Below, one piece after another: positions 27,216 through 35,874 of a stretch of 57,055 nt of DNA (position 1 is its first letter; every line of letters starts with the position of its first letter). Origin of the DNA: a virus (Duplodnaviria > Caudoviricetes); IMG/VR virus record IMGVR_UViG_3300046048_000470, positions 1 to 57,055 of that record; one strand, given 5' to 3'. The notes below the pieces were generated by a model. It was not told where the DNA came from, made no database searches, and worked only from the letters and a program-made list of their open reading frames with translations. The translations under genes and the position numbers were made by a program.

Positions 27216-28657
27216 GACGACGTCGCAGCGCCAGACTTCGTCGGTGTGATCTTCGTGGCCTCGATCCCAGCCGAACCCAGATGCTTGACCAGGGCCTTCT
27301 GCAAGGCCTCATGGATCGTGTTGCCCCAGTCGAGATGCTCCCGACCGAGAGTGAACGTCAACGACCACGACCCAGTCGTTGCCAAGTCGCGTGCGACGGC
27401 TTCTTCGGTGGCATCGTCGAGGGTCTGCCCTTTCTTCATCGCCCTGCAGATGTCCTGCGTCTGGTTGGTGGTCAAACCTTCCGCTTCGGCCCGATCGAGG
27501 ACAGCCAAACGGTCGCCGGTCTCAGGCAAATCCGCGGCGTATCGGTAGTGCGACCATGACAACGTCGGCCGGACACCATCAGCCCGCTCCGCGAGCGGGA
27601 TCCGAGCGCAGACACCCATGTAGTTCGACAGGGTCTTTGGATCCTGCACCAGGGCCTGATCGACGAACTGCCAGAACCGGTCGCCGTAGTGCTTCTCCGC
27701 CCAGTTGCCCCAGTCGCCAAGCCAGAACCGATCCGACGAATTGACCCGCTGCGCGTAGACGCCGATCCGGGCGACGGTCTCCGCGTCCGGCTTCAAGCCT
27801 TCGAGGTTGAGCCGGCGATGCTCGAAGATCTCGCCGGACGGGTCGACCGGTTCCGTGCTCTCCCATGCCCGATGAACGGCCGCCAGCTCCTCGTCGGTCA
27901 GGGTCTCCGCTGACTCTTCGCCCTCATCGGCTGATTCCGCCGGGCCGTCGCCGCCGCAGTACTCACAAGTGGGGCCATCGGCGGTCTCCGTCTGCCAGGC
28001 GTCACCGCAGCCAGGGCAATCGGCTGAGTCGGCCAGGTCACCGTCGATGTCGTCGTTCCCGTCGTCGCTGACCGGAGCTATCTCTGTCACTGTTCCCATA
28101 TCGAAGAGCCTTTCGTGTGTGGTCGTAAGCTCATCGCCCACGCTACCCCCCGGGGGGTCGGACTTGGATCTTCCACGCCGACCGTGGTCCTGTTTCTCGG
28201 CCTTGCAAGCCAAGCAACGACAACCCCGGTTGTAGGTCGACACCTTCCCGCATGTCGCGTCCGGTCCGTTCCAATCGACAGGGTGTCGGCCTTGAGGAAC
28301 CGTCGAACCGCAACGCCAGCAATCCCGCTGCGGTTCGATCGGGGCCGGCCGAGGGTCGACACCGGTCCACCGCCGGACCTCGGCCAGTTCACGCTCAACG
28401 ATCCGATCCCACACCGCCGCGGGGACAGCCGCACGAACAGCAGACAGCCACTGCCGTCGAGCGCCGCCAGAACCGCCAAATATGCCATCCGGTATTCGGG
28501 CCTCGACCGCTTCGTCCAAACAGACCGCAGCGACCTCGCACCTCGCACAAACCGTTTTCGCTGCCTTGCCCTGATTGTCTGGGGCGCCGGCCTCCGGGAA
28601 CCACAGATCCGTGTCCTCACCGCGACACAGCGCGTCTATGTCCCAGCGGTCGGCCAT
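27212..28657 (-). CDS. WhiB - Zn ribbons - LmbU-like regulator fusion ORF (possible internal start at 28099)
   Basis: N-term ALC...WFP...VCARCEV..CL...GIFGG; C-term FWLGDW..AE.HYG...TL.NY..V...LSWSHY...LDRAEAEG. Confidence 0.75.
   Translation of the reverse strand: MADRWDIDALCRGEDTDLWFPEAGAPDNQGKAAKTVCARCEVAAVCLDEAVEARIPDGIFGGSGGARRQWLSAVRAAVPAAVWDRIVERELAEVRRWTGVDPRPAPIEPQRDCWRCGSTVPQGRHPVDWNGPDATCGKVSTYNRGCRCLACKAEKQDHGRRGRSKSDPPGGSVGDELTTTHERLFDMGTVTEIAPVSDDGNDDIDGDLADSADCPGCGDAWQTETADGPTCEYCGGDGPAESADEGEESAETLTDEELAAVHRAWESTEPVDPSGEIFEHRRLNLEGLKPDAETVARIGVYAQRVNSSDRFWLGDWGNWAEKHYGDRFWQFVDQALVQDPKTLSNYMGVCARIPLAERADGVRPTLSWSHYRYAADLPETGDRLAVLDRAEAEGLTTNQTQDICRAMKKGQTLDDATEEAVARDLATTGSWSLTFTLGREHLDWGNTIHEALQKALVKHLGSAGIEATKITPTKSGAATSS
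27940..28034. repeat. 95-bp identical repeat, copy 1 (Zn-ribbon module)
   Basis: Identical to 30642..30736; encodes ADSADCPGCGDAWQTETADGPTCEYCGGDGP. Confidence 0.9.
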
Positions 28658-28693
28658 CCTGCGCCCCAGTGTGGGGCACAGAACAGCCGACAA

Positions 28694-28900
28694 TCAGACT
28701 TGGCCGATGCCTTCAGCGCAGCCGGGACACAGATCCTTGCCCTTCTGGTGCACCCAACCAGACGATCTGGCCTTCGCCCGAGCCCCGGGCCGGTCAACCG
28801 ACAGACCGCTGACGCCTTCGATCCAACCGAAGCACCTGTCTGTGTCAGCGCCGACCGAAGCGCCGTCACAGTGGACATCGCTCTGCACCGAAACGCTCAC
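28694..28900 (-). CDS. Small Zn-binding hypothetical protein
   Basis: CDG...C...AR..GW....DLCPGC. Confidence 0.65.
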   Translation of the reverse strand: MSVSVQSDVHCDGASVGADTDRCFGWIEGVSGLSVDRPGARAKARSSGWVHQKGKDLCPGCAEGIGQV

Positions 28901-29214
28901 AGCCGTCTCACCTGGTACCCCTGCAGCTCCCTAGGTTTGTGACCGAAAAAGCCCTCGTCTTCGTCCGGACCGATGCGCCAGAAGGTGCCCGTTTTCCCGA
29001 TCGGGCGCAGCGGGTGATCTGGGTTCTGCCTTGCCACCGGACCTTCGACGTAGGCGACCAGATCCGCCTTCGACGAGAACACCGCTGTCGGGTAGGCCGG
29101 ATTCTCATCGGGATGATCCAGGTTGAGCACCTGGACCACGAGGACCCACACCGTTTCCGGACAGTCGACCGCGTGGGATCCGAGCATGTCGCACGACTCG
29201 CACGGCCGCCTCAT
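28897..29214 (-). CDS. Hypothetical protein
   Basis: Coupled ORF. Confidence 0.6.
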   Translation of the reverse strand: MRRPCESCDMLGSHAVDCPETVWVLVVQVLNLDHPDENPAYPTAVFSSKADLVAYVEGPVARQNPDHPLRPIGKTGTFWRIGPDEDEGFFGHKPRELQGYQVRRL

Positions 29215-29414
29215 AGCCGCGCCGTCCTGGTCATCGCCCAGCAGCGCCGCTCGATCTCTTCGATGTGGAACCGTTTACGTCGAGCAGCAGCATCGATGAA
29301 CATCTGATGGACCTCGCCAGCATCGAACGATGCGAAGCCCGCCGCCATCTCCATTTCTGCGTTCATCGCCGCTTGCAGAGCCGCAGCGAGACCTTTCGAG
29401 CCGTGATCATCCAT
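29211..29414 (-). CDS. Hypothetical protein
   Basis: Coupled ORF. Confidence 0.55.
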   Translation of the reverse strand: MDDHGSKGLAAALQAAMNAEMEMAAGFASFDAGEVHQMFIDAAARRKRFHIEEIERRCWAMTRTARL

Positions 29415-29739
29415 CGGTGCAACCAATCTCGATCATCCGACGGTCGGCCGCTTCCATGTATGCCGTCGCCCACTCCATGGCCTCGATGTTGCCGCTATCG
29501 GCATGGCGCTGGTGGTGGCCCCACGATCGGTCAAATGACGCCTGCAGCTCTGAACAATCCGATTCCATCTGGATCGAAGCATGTACTGCCCCGCTCCCGA
29601 CTGGCACCGACGTTACCGAGGTATCAACTGCCGGCGCTGGATCTACCACGTTTTCCCCTCGGTCTTCTTGGCACCCGAGAACAGCGACAACCATCGCCGC
29701 GGCAGCCACAGCTTTCCGACCTTCTGATTTGATCGACAT
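29407..29739 (-). CDS. Lipoprotein
   Basis: Basic N-terminus, hydrophobic stretch, lipobox VLGC. Confidence 0.7.
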   Translation of the reverse strand: MSIKSEGRKAVAAAAMVVAVLGCQEDRGENVVDPAPAVDTSVTSVPVGSGAVHASIQMESDCSELQASFDRSWGHHQRHADSGNIEAMEWATAYMEAADRRMIEIGCTDG

Positions 29740-30422
29740 CAGAGACCCCTTCCGGCCTTGTAGCTCTTCGAGTGAGGGCAGTCGACGAAGTGTGACAGCC
29801 AGATCGGTTGATCCGGCGCCGGCGCTTCACCATCGGCCAGGACACGAACCACGAGCCGCCCCTGGCCGTCGACATCGCCAGCACCAGCCTCGAACAAGGC
29901 AAGCTCGGTAGACGCCAGCTGGATCCTCCCGGCCTTCCCGTTGTCGTCGAACTCGGTCGGCGCCCCGGCCTCGCGGTCGCCCTGGAGCGGGATCGACTTC
30001 CCGGCTTCTGTGGTCGCCCACACCATCGGCCGGCCGCAAGCGCTGCAGGATCGGATCTTGCTGTCCATCAGTGGAATCTCTCCATGTCGGTACCCGGACA
30101 AACCCAGCTCTCGGGCCTCCGGGGTGTGGTCAGTGACGTACAGATGGCACGGGGAGCACAACCACCGCCAGGTAGCGACGTTGAGCATGAACCCGACGCC
30201 TCGGCCTTGCGCGTGGTGGCATTCCGCAGCCAAGCCAGCGCAGCCGGCCGGCAGCATCCCTTCCGCCTGGCAGCGCTCTACTGCCGCCATCGGGCGCAGC
30301 GCGGCGTAGTACCGGTCTCGGTCGCTGGTCTTCTTCGACCTCGGAGCGATCCGCTTCTTCGATCGACCCGGGCCCGCGCCCCGGGCCATCGGCTTCTTCC
30401 GCACGATCGGTGATCGTTTCAT
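29739..30422 (-). CDS. HNH-like endonuclease fused to Zn-ribbon domain
   Basis: C...C....ECHH...N...LCSPCH; C-terminal CSACGRPMVW...SHFVDC. Confidence 0.7.
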   Translation of the reverse strand: MKRSPIVRKKPMARGAGPGRSKKRIAPRSKKTSDRDRYYAALRPMAAVERCQAEGMLPAGCAGLAAECHHAQGRGVGFMLNVATWRWLCSPCHLYVTDHTPEARELGLSGYRHGEIPLMDSKIRSCSACGRPMVWATTEAGKSIPLQGDREAGAPTEFDDNGKAGRIQLASTELALFEAGAGDVDGQGRLVVRVLADGEAPAPDQPIWLSHFVDCPHSKSYKAGRGL

Positions 30423-30526
30423 CAGCGCCCGACCCCGAAAAATATAATAAGCAGGGCAGTGACGGCCACGACCACGGTCATGAAGACGACAAGAAAGACG
30501 ATCGGCTCGGCAACTTTGGGTTTCAT
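30422..30526 (-). CDS. Small membrane peptide (34 aa)
   Basis: ATGA and TGATG overlaps; single TM. Confidence 0.55.
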   Translation of the reverse strand: MKPKVAEPIVFLVVFMTVVVAVTALLIIFFGVGR

Positions 30527-31293
30527 TCGGCACCGCCGAACCCCAACCGGGCCCAATACGCCCGATGAGCGGCCGCCAGCTCCTCATCAGTCAAGGTCTC
30601 CGCTGACTGACCCTGACTCGCATCGGCGAAGCCGGTTATGACCGGGCCGTCGCCGCCGCAGTACTCACAAGTGGGGCCATCGGCGGTCTCCGTCTGCCAG
30701 GCGTCACCGCAGCCAGGGCAATCGGCTGAGTCGGCCGGGCATTGCTCCTCGACCGGCTCCGGAACGTTCGGAACGTTCCCCTGCTGCTCGTAGACCAGCG
30801 CCGCCAGATCAGCGCACGCCGCGACTAGACCGTTCATGTCGAGATCGAGGACCTGTCTCGACCGGGCCAGATCAGCAAGCCGATCGTTCACGTTCACCAT
30901 CGCCCGCTCGACCGCTGACACGAACTCGGGAGCCGACGGCGCCTCGGCCGGTTCGATCGACCAAAGGGTCTGGAGATCAACGTTTCTGATCAGCTCCCCC
31001 TGTTCGGCCAGATCTAGGAGCCCAGCCTTCTGCGATTCGGCCGCCGCTAGCCGCCTGTGTTCCTTCCAAACCGGGCGCCATTCCACCTCACCTGGGCTAA
31101 CCATCTCCCACGTGAGCATGTACAGCCCGTCTGGGACGGCCTCGACCATCGCAGCGCCACACGGACAGAGCCCGTCACCAGGCCGAGGGTGCTTGTAGGC
31201 GCCAGTCCAACGCGATGAGTGGCCGAGCCCTTCGCCTGTCGGGCAGACGTACTTCGTGTACGGCTCCAGAGCCGTCGGTTCATTCGTAGCCAT
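30523..31293 (-). CDS. Hypothetical multi-module protein with Zn ribbons
   Basis: RBS GAAGGGG, starts ATGGCTAC; carries the duplicated module. Confidence 0.7.
   Translation of the reverse strand: MATNEPTALEPYTKYVCPTGEGLGHSSRWTGAYKHPRPGDGLCPCGAAMVEAVPDGLYMLTWEMVSPGEVEWRPVWKEHRRLAAAESQKAGLLDLAEQGELIRNVDLQTLWSIEPAEAPSAPEFVSAVERAMVNVNDRLADLARSRQVLDLDMNGLVAACADLAALVYEQQGNVPNVPEPVEEQCPADSADCPGCGDAWQTETADGPTCEYCGGDGPVITGFADASQGQSAETLTDEELAAAHRAYWARLGFGGAE
30642..30736. repeat. 95-bp identical repeat, copy 2
   Basis: Identical to 27940..28034. Confidence 0.9.
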
Positions 31294-31313
31294 CGTTTCC
31301 CCTTCCAAGGGAT

Positions 31314-31460
31314 TCACTTGCGGAGCCGGCCCCACAACGGGTACCGGCCTTCCATGTCCGCCAGATACGCAACCCGGTCAGGGTGACCCCGATACCGGAA
31401 CTGCCACTGCCGGACCTCGCCAATCGCCCACGCCACAACACCGATCCATAGAAGTGTCAT
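31314..31460 (-). CDS. Small hypothetical protein (48 aa)
   Basis: ATGA overlap; hydrophobic N-terminus. Confidence 0.5.
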   Translation of the reverse strand: MTLLWIGVVAWAIGEVRQWQFRYRGHPDRVAYLADMEGRYPLWGRLRK

Positions 31461-32227
31461 GACGCCTCCGGACCGGCAGGGCCGGCCTTCCAGGCGTTGA
31501 ACTCATCACAGCGGCACAGAGGGCACGGGTAGACGCCTGAGCCGTCGCGGGCCGAGACCCAACCAGATTGGCAACGACCAGACTTGCAAGCCTTCAAGCC
31601 ACCAGGGCCAGGTTCCGGCAGACCTTCGAGTGCCTTACGGATCGCCGCCTCTCGGATCTGCCGCGCCCGCCAATTCGTGCAGCCCTCACCGCAACCCCGA
31701 GCGCCCTCGAAAGCACGCTGACGATGATCGTGTTTCGGGCGACCCAACGGCCTACCCGTATCCGGGTCGAGCACCGGGTCGACAGCTGCCAGCGACGTCG
31801 ACCGGTCATGCCGATTGATCGCCAGGCCACCTTCGAGCATCGCCCTCGCCCCAGGCGACACCTTGCCCAACTCCACCAGCACCGTGCTGTAGGCCTCCAG
31901 GAACTCACGCCGGGGCCGAGCAAACGACGTCGGCCGAACGCCACGCGGTTCCTCCGGCGCCGGCGACGGGCCGGAGCCGACAGCACGAACGTGGTCGTTC
32001 AGCGCCGCCGCGGTCGGAAACGCCCGAGGATTCTTGACCGACTTCGCCCACGACTCGAAGACGTCATCGACAATCTCGATCGGCATCCAATCGAGCGACA
32101 TCGTGCGGTTGATCAACCGGGCCGTTGTCTCGATGTCGTCATCGGTAGCGAACAGCCCAATCGATGGCTTGATATCCCGCAGCCAGTCACGAATCACCAG
32201 CCGCCGCGCTTCGAGCTTGTCACTCAT
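31457..32227 (-). CDS. Replication-associated hypothetical protein (loader-like position)
   Basis: Coupled to initiator; FPT.A.L motif; C-terminal Cys cluster. Confidence 0.6.
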   Translation of the reverse strand: MSDKLEARRLVIRDWLRDIKPSIGLFATDDDIETTARLINRTMSLDWMPIEIVDDVFESWAKSVKNPRAFPTAAALNDHVRAVGSGPSPAPEEPRGVRPTSFARPRREFLEAYSTVLVELGKVSPGARAMLEGGLAINRHDRSTSLAAVDPVLDPDTGRPLGRPKHDHRQRAFEGARGCGEGCTNWRARQIREAAIRKALEGLPEPGPGGLKACKSGRCQSGWVSARDGSGVYPCPLCRCDEFNAWKAGPAGPEAS

Positions 32228-33312
32228 CCCGCCTGCCCTTCCACCATCGCCTCGGCCGCCTCACGCGAGTGGCCTTCCTCCATCAGAAACAGAATCGCGT
32301 GCTCATGCCCCGCGACCCGCCGGCGCTCGGCCTCTTCCGCCTCCGCCCGATGCTTCGCCTCACGCCGAGCCCGGATCTCCGCAACCGCGGGATCTACCGG
32401 GGCCGCCGCACGGGCCTTCTTCGGGCCAGGCCACCAACCAGCGACCATGCTCGGACTGATCGGCCCCGCGTACTCGTCATGCTTCGAGTTGATGAACGTC
32501 GACGCGTGAGGCAACGGAGCTTCCTCGATCGGGAGCGAGTGATGCGTCGACCACCGGCGGCGAAGCTCGGCCATGCGGTCACGCCGCTCGGTGAGGATGG
32601 CGACGGTCAGGTGCTCCCGCTGCAGAGCTTTCTTCCACGCTCGCAGCGCGGTCTTCCGCGGTCCCTTGCGGACATCGTTCGGGTAGTGCTCCCACCAGTC
32701 AGCGAACAAGGCCTCAGCGCCGCGGTCTTCGGCGTCGGTTTGGTGACGTCGTTCGGCAGCTGACTCGATCCCGCCGTCTGGTGAGTCGACGACGAACAGC
32801 GTCGGATCGGCGCCCCCCGCTTGCGGGGGGTTGGGGGGTTCATTTCCTTCTTCTCTAGTTCTTCTACTTCTTAAGGGCTGAGTTTCGCCTGGTGACAGGG
32901 CCTGAGCCGTCGCGATATCGCGGCGACCCGTCGCGATATCCCCGACCTGCGTTGGCGATTTCGCGACGGCTCCGGACCCTGCTCGGCGATTTCGCGACGG
33001 CCGTTCTGGAGGGTCCGGGAGCTTGTCATGGTTGATCTCCAGGGTGACGATGCCGCCCGGCTCGCGGTCGACTATCTCCACCACGCCAGCCTCTACCAGG
33101 CGCTTGACCGCTCGGTAGACGCCGTCTTTGCTCAGCCCGGTCTTATCTGCCAGCTTCTGGTAGGTCAGCCGGCATTCGCCGAACTCGCCGCCGAAGTAAT
33201 CGATGCCGCCAACGAAGTGGATCTGCTGCAGCACGATCGCCCCAACAGGGTTGAAGTGCCGAACCAGTGTCGGCCCCACAGCTATGAACTCTTCCGGGAT
33301 CAGCGCGCTCAT
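32224..33312 (-). CDS. Replication initiator (lambda O-like organisation, N-terminal wHTH)
   Basis: TYQKLADKTGLSKDGVYRAVKRLVEAG wHTH; PPNPP linker; F..WW..YP...K..A.RAWKKA...PHASTFIN C-domain. Confidence 0.75.
   Translation of the reverse strand: MSALIPEEFIAVGPTLVRHFNPVGAIVLQQIHFVGGIDYFGGEFGECRLTYQKLADKTGLSKDGVYRAVKRLVEAGVVEIVDREPGGIVTLEINHDKLPDPPERPSRNRRAGSGAVAKSPTQVGDIATGRRDIATAQALSPGETQPLRSRRTREEGNEPPNPPQAGGADPTLFVVDSPDGGIESAAERRHQTDAEDRGAEALFADWWEHYPNDVRKGPRKTALRAWKKALQREHLTVAILTERRDRMAELRRRWSTHHSLPIEEAPLPHASTFINSKHDEYAGPISPSMVAGWWPGPKKARAAAPVDPAVAEIRARREAKHRAEAEEAERRRVAGHEHAILFLMEEGHSREAAEAMVEGQAG
32839..33000. promoter_or_regulatory. Candidate replication origin: four iterons plus AT-rich tract
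   Basis: CCGTCGCGAWATC at 32907, 32928 (+) and 32957, 32988 (inverted); pyrimidine/T-rich tract at 32839..32874. Confidence 0.65.
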
Positions 33313-33548
33313 CGCGTCAGCCAGGCGTCGACCTCGGCCTGCCACCTGCGGATAGTGGCAGGCTTGACGCCGAACCATTCCGCTGCCTCTTCCGCCGTGT
33401 GCGGAGCGTCGACGTACTGGCCGTCGACCACCTTCTGCCCGGCCGAGCCGCAGGCAATCAGCAGTGCTTTGGCTTGTGGCGAAACGCCCGGGTCGAACAG
33501 AATCAACGTCGGGTCGACCGTCGCCCCCCGGGGGGTTGATCGTTGCAT
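33309..33548 (-). CDS. Small HTH protein upstream of initiator
   Basis: TAEEAAEWFGVKPATIRRW; RBS GAAAGG. Confidence 0.7.
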   Translation of the reverse strand: MQRSTPRGATVDPTLILFDPGVSPQAKALLIACGSAGQKVVDGQYVDAPHTAEEAAEWFGVKPATIRRWQAEVDAWLTR

Positions 33549-33666
33549 TTGGTGCCTTTCTTTGTCAGTAGGCACCAGAAACGATCGGTTCGAGCGTTTC
33601 CGCCCGTTAGAATCTCTGGTGCCTGAGTTATGTTTCGTGGAGGCCTGGAAGCCTCCACAAGTTCGC

Positions 33667-33713
33667 AGTGTAGGCCCGGTCTGGTTTCTCCAGACCGGGC
33701 CTCACTCGTTTTT
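33667..33713 (+). terminator. Intrinsic terminator-like hairpin (T-run on plus strand)
   Basis: 13-bp stem aggcccggtctgg/ccagaccgggcct, extendable, followed by TTTTT. Confidence 0.65.
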
Positions 33714-34003
33714 CAGGTGGTGTCGGCCCGCAGCACCGACATCTCTAGGTCAGCGCCGAACGGGGTACGCCCGGTCACCCGGAACCGCATCGACGCCATG
33801 ATCTCGTCAACGTCTTCGCCTCGGGCAGGCATGAAATGCTCGGCCGCGTACTCTTCGAGCCAACGCCGAACCGACCGGTACCCGCCGGCCACAGTGTCCA
33901 TGTGGGGAGATTCGGCGGGCATCCCGATCCACACCTCCCGGTTGATCCGCGAAGTGAACATCGAAGCGCAGTGCTCCCACTCCCTCACCCACTGGACGGT
34001 CAC
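33713..34003 (-). CDS. Hypothetical protein
   Basis: GTGA-coupled ORF. Confidence 0.6.
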   Translation of the reverse strand: MTVQWVREWEHCASMFTSRINREVWIGMPAESPHMDTVAGGYRSVRRWLEEYAAEHFMPARGEDVDEIMASMRFRVTGRTPFGADLEMSVLRADTT

Positions 34004-34218
34004 TGCCCGGCCACTTCGCTGGCCAGTTTCGACAGCAGGTCACCAGGTGCATGGCAGCACCCGAGGCACAGACCTACAACGCCGATCGTTCGCGCTGAAC
34101 CAACAGCGACATGGCCACGAGCGGCGACACAAGGGCTGTCAGCGGCAGCGAGATCTTCCACCGTGTACCCGCCCCCGCGTTCTGGCGTGTACCCGCAGCC
34201 TGGCATCAGACCGGTCAC
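34000..34218 (-). CDS. Hypothetical protein
   Basis: GTGA-coupled ORF. Confidence 0.5.
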   Translation of the reverse strand: MTGLMPGCGYTPERGGGYTVEDLAAADSPCVAARGHVAVGSARTIGVVGLCLGCCHAPGDLLSKLASEVAGQ

Positions 34219-34814
34219 TGCTCGAACATCCCGAACTCCACCGTGAGCACGTCGCCTTCGGTGTCGGGTCGTGCCCGCTCGGCCGAGGGTGGTGGCATGA
34301 CCAAGCTCAACCGCCAGTCGTCGGAGATCATGACATTCTCAGGATTGTGTCGGTACTCCGCCAGCCCCGCGTCTCGCAGCATCGAACCGACCAACCACGC
34401 TTGAGACCACAAGCAACCAGCACGGTCGAGCAGCCGGGCCAAGGTGACGTGCTTGCCTTGAGCGTCGAGGACCGACGCCGCGACGATCACCTTCGCAGCA
34501 GAATCGAACGCGCCCCCGAACTCCACCGCAGCGACCGCTTTCTCAGCCTGTTCGACCCACCGCCGGTACCAATCCGACGAACGGGTCGACCGGTAGAAAC
34601 CGCCATCGCCGAAGTAGACGATCCCAGCCTCGACCAGCGGCCGCGACGCCATGTACACCTCGGAGCCTCCCATCCCGCTGAGCGCTTCGACATCGAGCGA
34701 TTTGATCGGCCCGTCTGACGCGACGACGACCGACGCGACGATGCCCGACGCGGGCCCGTACTCGGCGACCATTGCCGGGTCGACCTCGATCACCTGGTTA
34801 GTGTTGTGAGTCAT
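34215..34814 (-). CDS. Putative tandem winged-helix protein
   Basis: RBS GAAAGGAAA; two similar L..AG.V/A.Y segments. Confidence 0.6.
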   Translation of the reverse strand: MTHNTNQVIEVDPAMVAEYGPASGIVASVVVASDGPIKSLDVEALSGMGGSEVYMASRPLVEAGIVYFGDGGFYRSTRSSDWYRRWVEQAEKAVAAVEFGGAFDSAAKVIVAASVLDAQGKHVTLARLLDRAGCLWSQAWLVGSMLRDAGLAEYRHNPENVMISDDWRLSLVMPPPSAERARPDTEGDVLTVEFGMFEQ

Positions 34815-34888
34815 TGCTCTGTTTCCTTTCCATGGGTGGTTTGGGAGACGAGCACGGCAGCGCCCCGACTTGGGGCGCTGCTCGCGTC

Positions 34889-35305
34889 TCAACTGATTTT
34901 CACCGCGGGATGTTCTGCGGTCGGTTCGGAATCCGCTGACACCGGCACCGCCGGCCAGTCGACCAGCCAATCGGTAGCGCCAGCGTCTGCTTTCTGACGC
35001 CACTGCCGAGCCGTGACCCTGGCGTCAAGCGCCGACGACCGGAGATCGTCGAGATACCAATGCCCGGGGTTGAGCCCGTGAACGATCAGGTCATCGGCCA
35101 ATTCGTCGCGGAACACCGCGTCACGAATGCTGTTGTCGGCCTGGGCCGAGTAGAACGCCTGCTCTGCCTTGTCGGCAGGAACAGACGCCCTGAGCTGCTC
35201 GACCCTTCTGCGTGGAAGGATCGAGCGTGCCAGATCCACAATGGATCCGGCGGAGACAGCTGCCATGGTTGAGACAGCCAGGATGATCAGACCGAGATCG
35301 GTCAC
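34889..35305 (-). CDS. Membrane-anchored hypothetical protein
   Basis: Hydrophobic N-terminus; coupled to RuvC. Confidence 0.6.
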   Translation of the reverse strand: MTDLGLIILAVSTMAAVSAGSIVDLARSILPRRRVEQLRASVPADKAEQAFYSAQADNSIRDAVFRDELADDLIVHGLNPGHWYLDDLRSSALDARVTARQWRQKADAGATDWLVDWPAVPVSADSEPTAEHPAVKIS

Positions 35306-35874
35306 TTCGTTTGCCTTTCAGGTTGATTCGGTCGCACCGGCAGAGCGAAGTCTTTCAGCGCGGCCATGTGTGTTTTTGGTAGCCGGCCGAGCGGGTGTGG
35401 ACGACCGAGCGCTTCCATCACAAAGCAATACCCGGCCAACGCGTCGGCCTCGTCATCAGTCTGGAATGTCAGACCAGTACGGACCGCTATCGACGACACG
35501 ACCAGCGGCTTCGCCGCCGATCCGTTCCCCGTCGCGAACTTCTTGACTTTCCCGATCGGGACATGGCCACACGCCAAGCCGAGACGTCGAGCTTCCCGGA
35601 ATATGACACCGTGGACCGCGCCCAGCTGATGGGCGCGGTTCGCTTGTGCGTAGGCGGGCGATTCGACGAACACGACGGGCGGGCCGAGCCCGAGCGACCA
35701 GAGAATGTCGACAACTTCGACGAACCCCTGCTCGATCTCTTCGAGCTTCTGCCCGAAATCGTCGACCGTCTTCGCTACCCGGACCTCCCACAGCTTCCAC
35801 GGTCTCGTCTGGCCGACGATGTGGAGCTTCCGCTCCCCCGGATCGATGAACATCGCCGGCCCGAGATCGGTCAT
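35302..35874 (-). CDS. ruvC: RuvC-like Holliday junction resolvase
   Basis: IDPG, VFVE, G..HGV, VKKFATGNG.A.K, DDEADALA. Confidence 0.88.
   Translation of the reverse strand: MTDLGPAMFIDPGERKLHIVGQTRPWKLWEVRVAKTVDDFGQKLEEIEQGFVEVVDILWSLGLGPPVVFVESPAYAQANRAHQLGAVHGVIFREARRLGLACGHVPIGKVKKFATGNGSAAKPLVVSSIAVRTGLTFQTDDEADALAGYCFVMEALGRPHPLGRLPKTHMAALKDFALPVRPNQPERQTK

Noticed and set aside
27866-30736. Repeat pair as DGR template/variable repeats
   Set aside because: No reverse transcriptase; the main block is identical and the few differences are mostly synonymous C/T changes on the coding strand.
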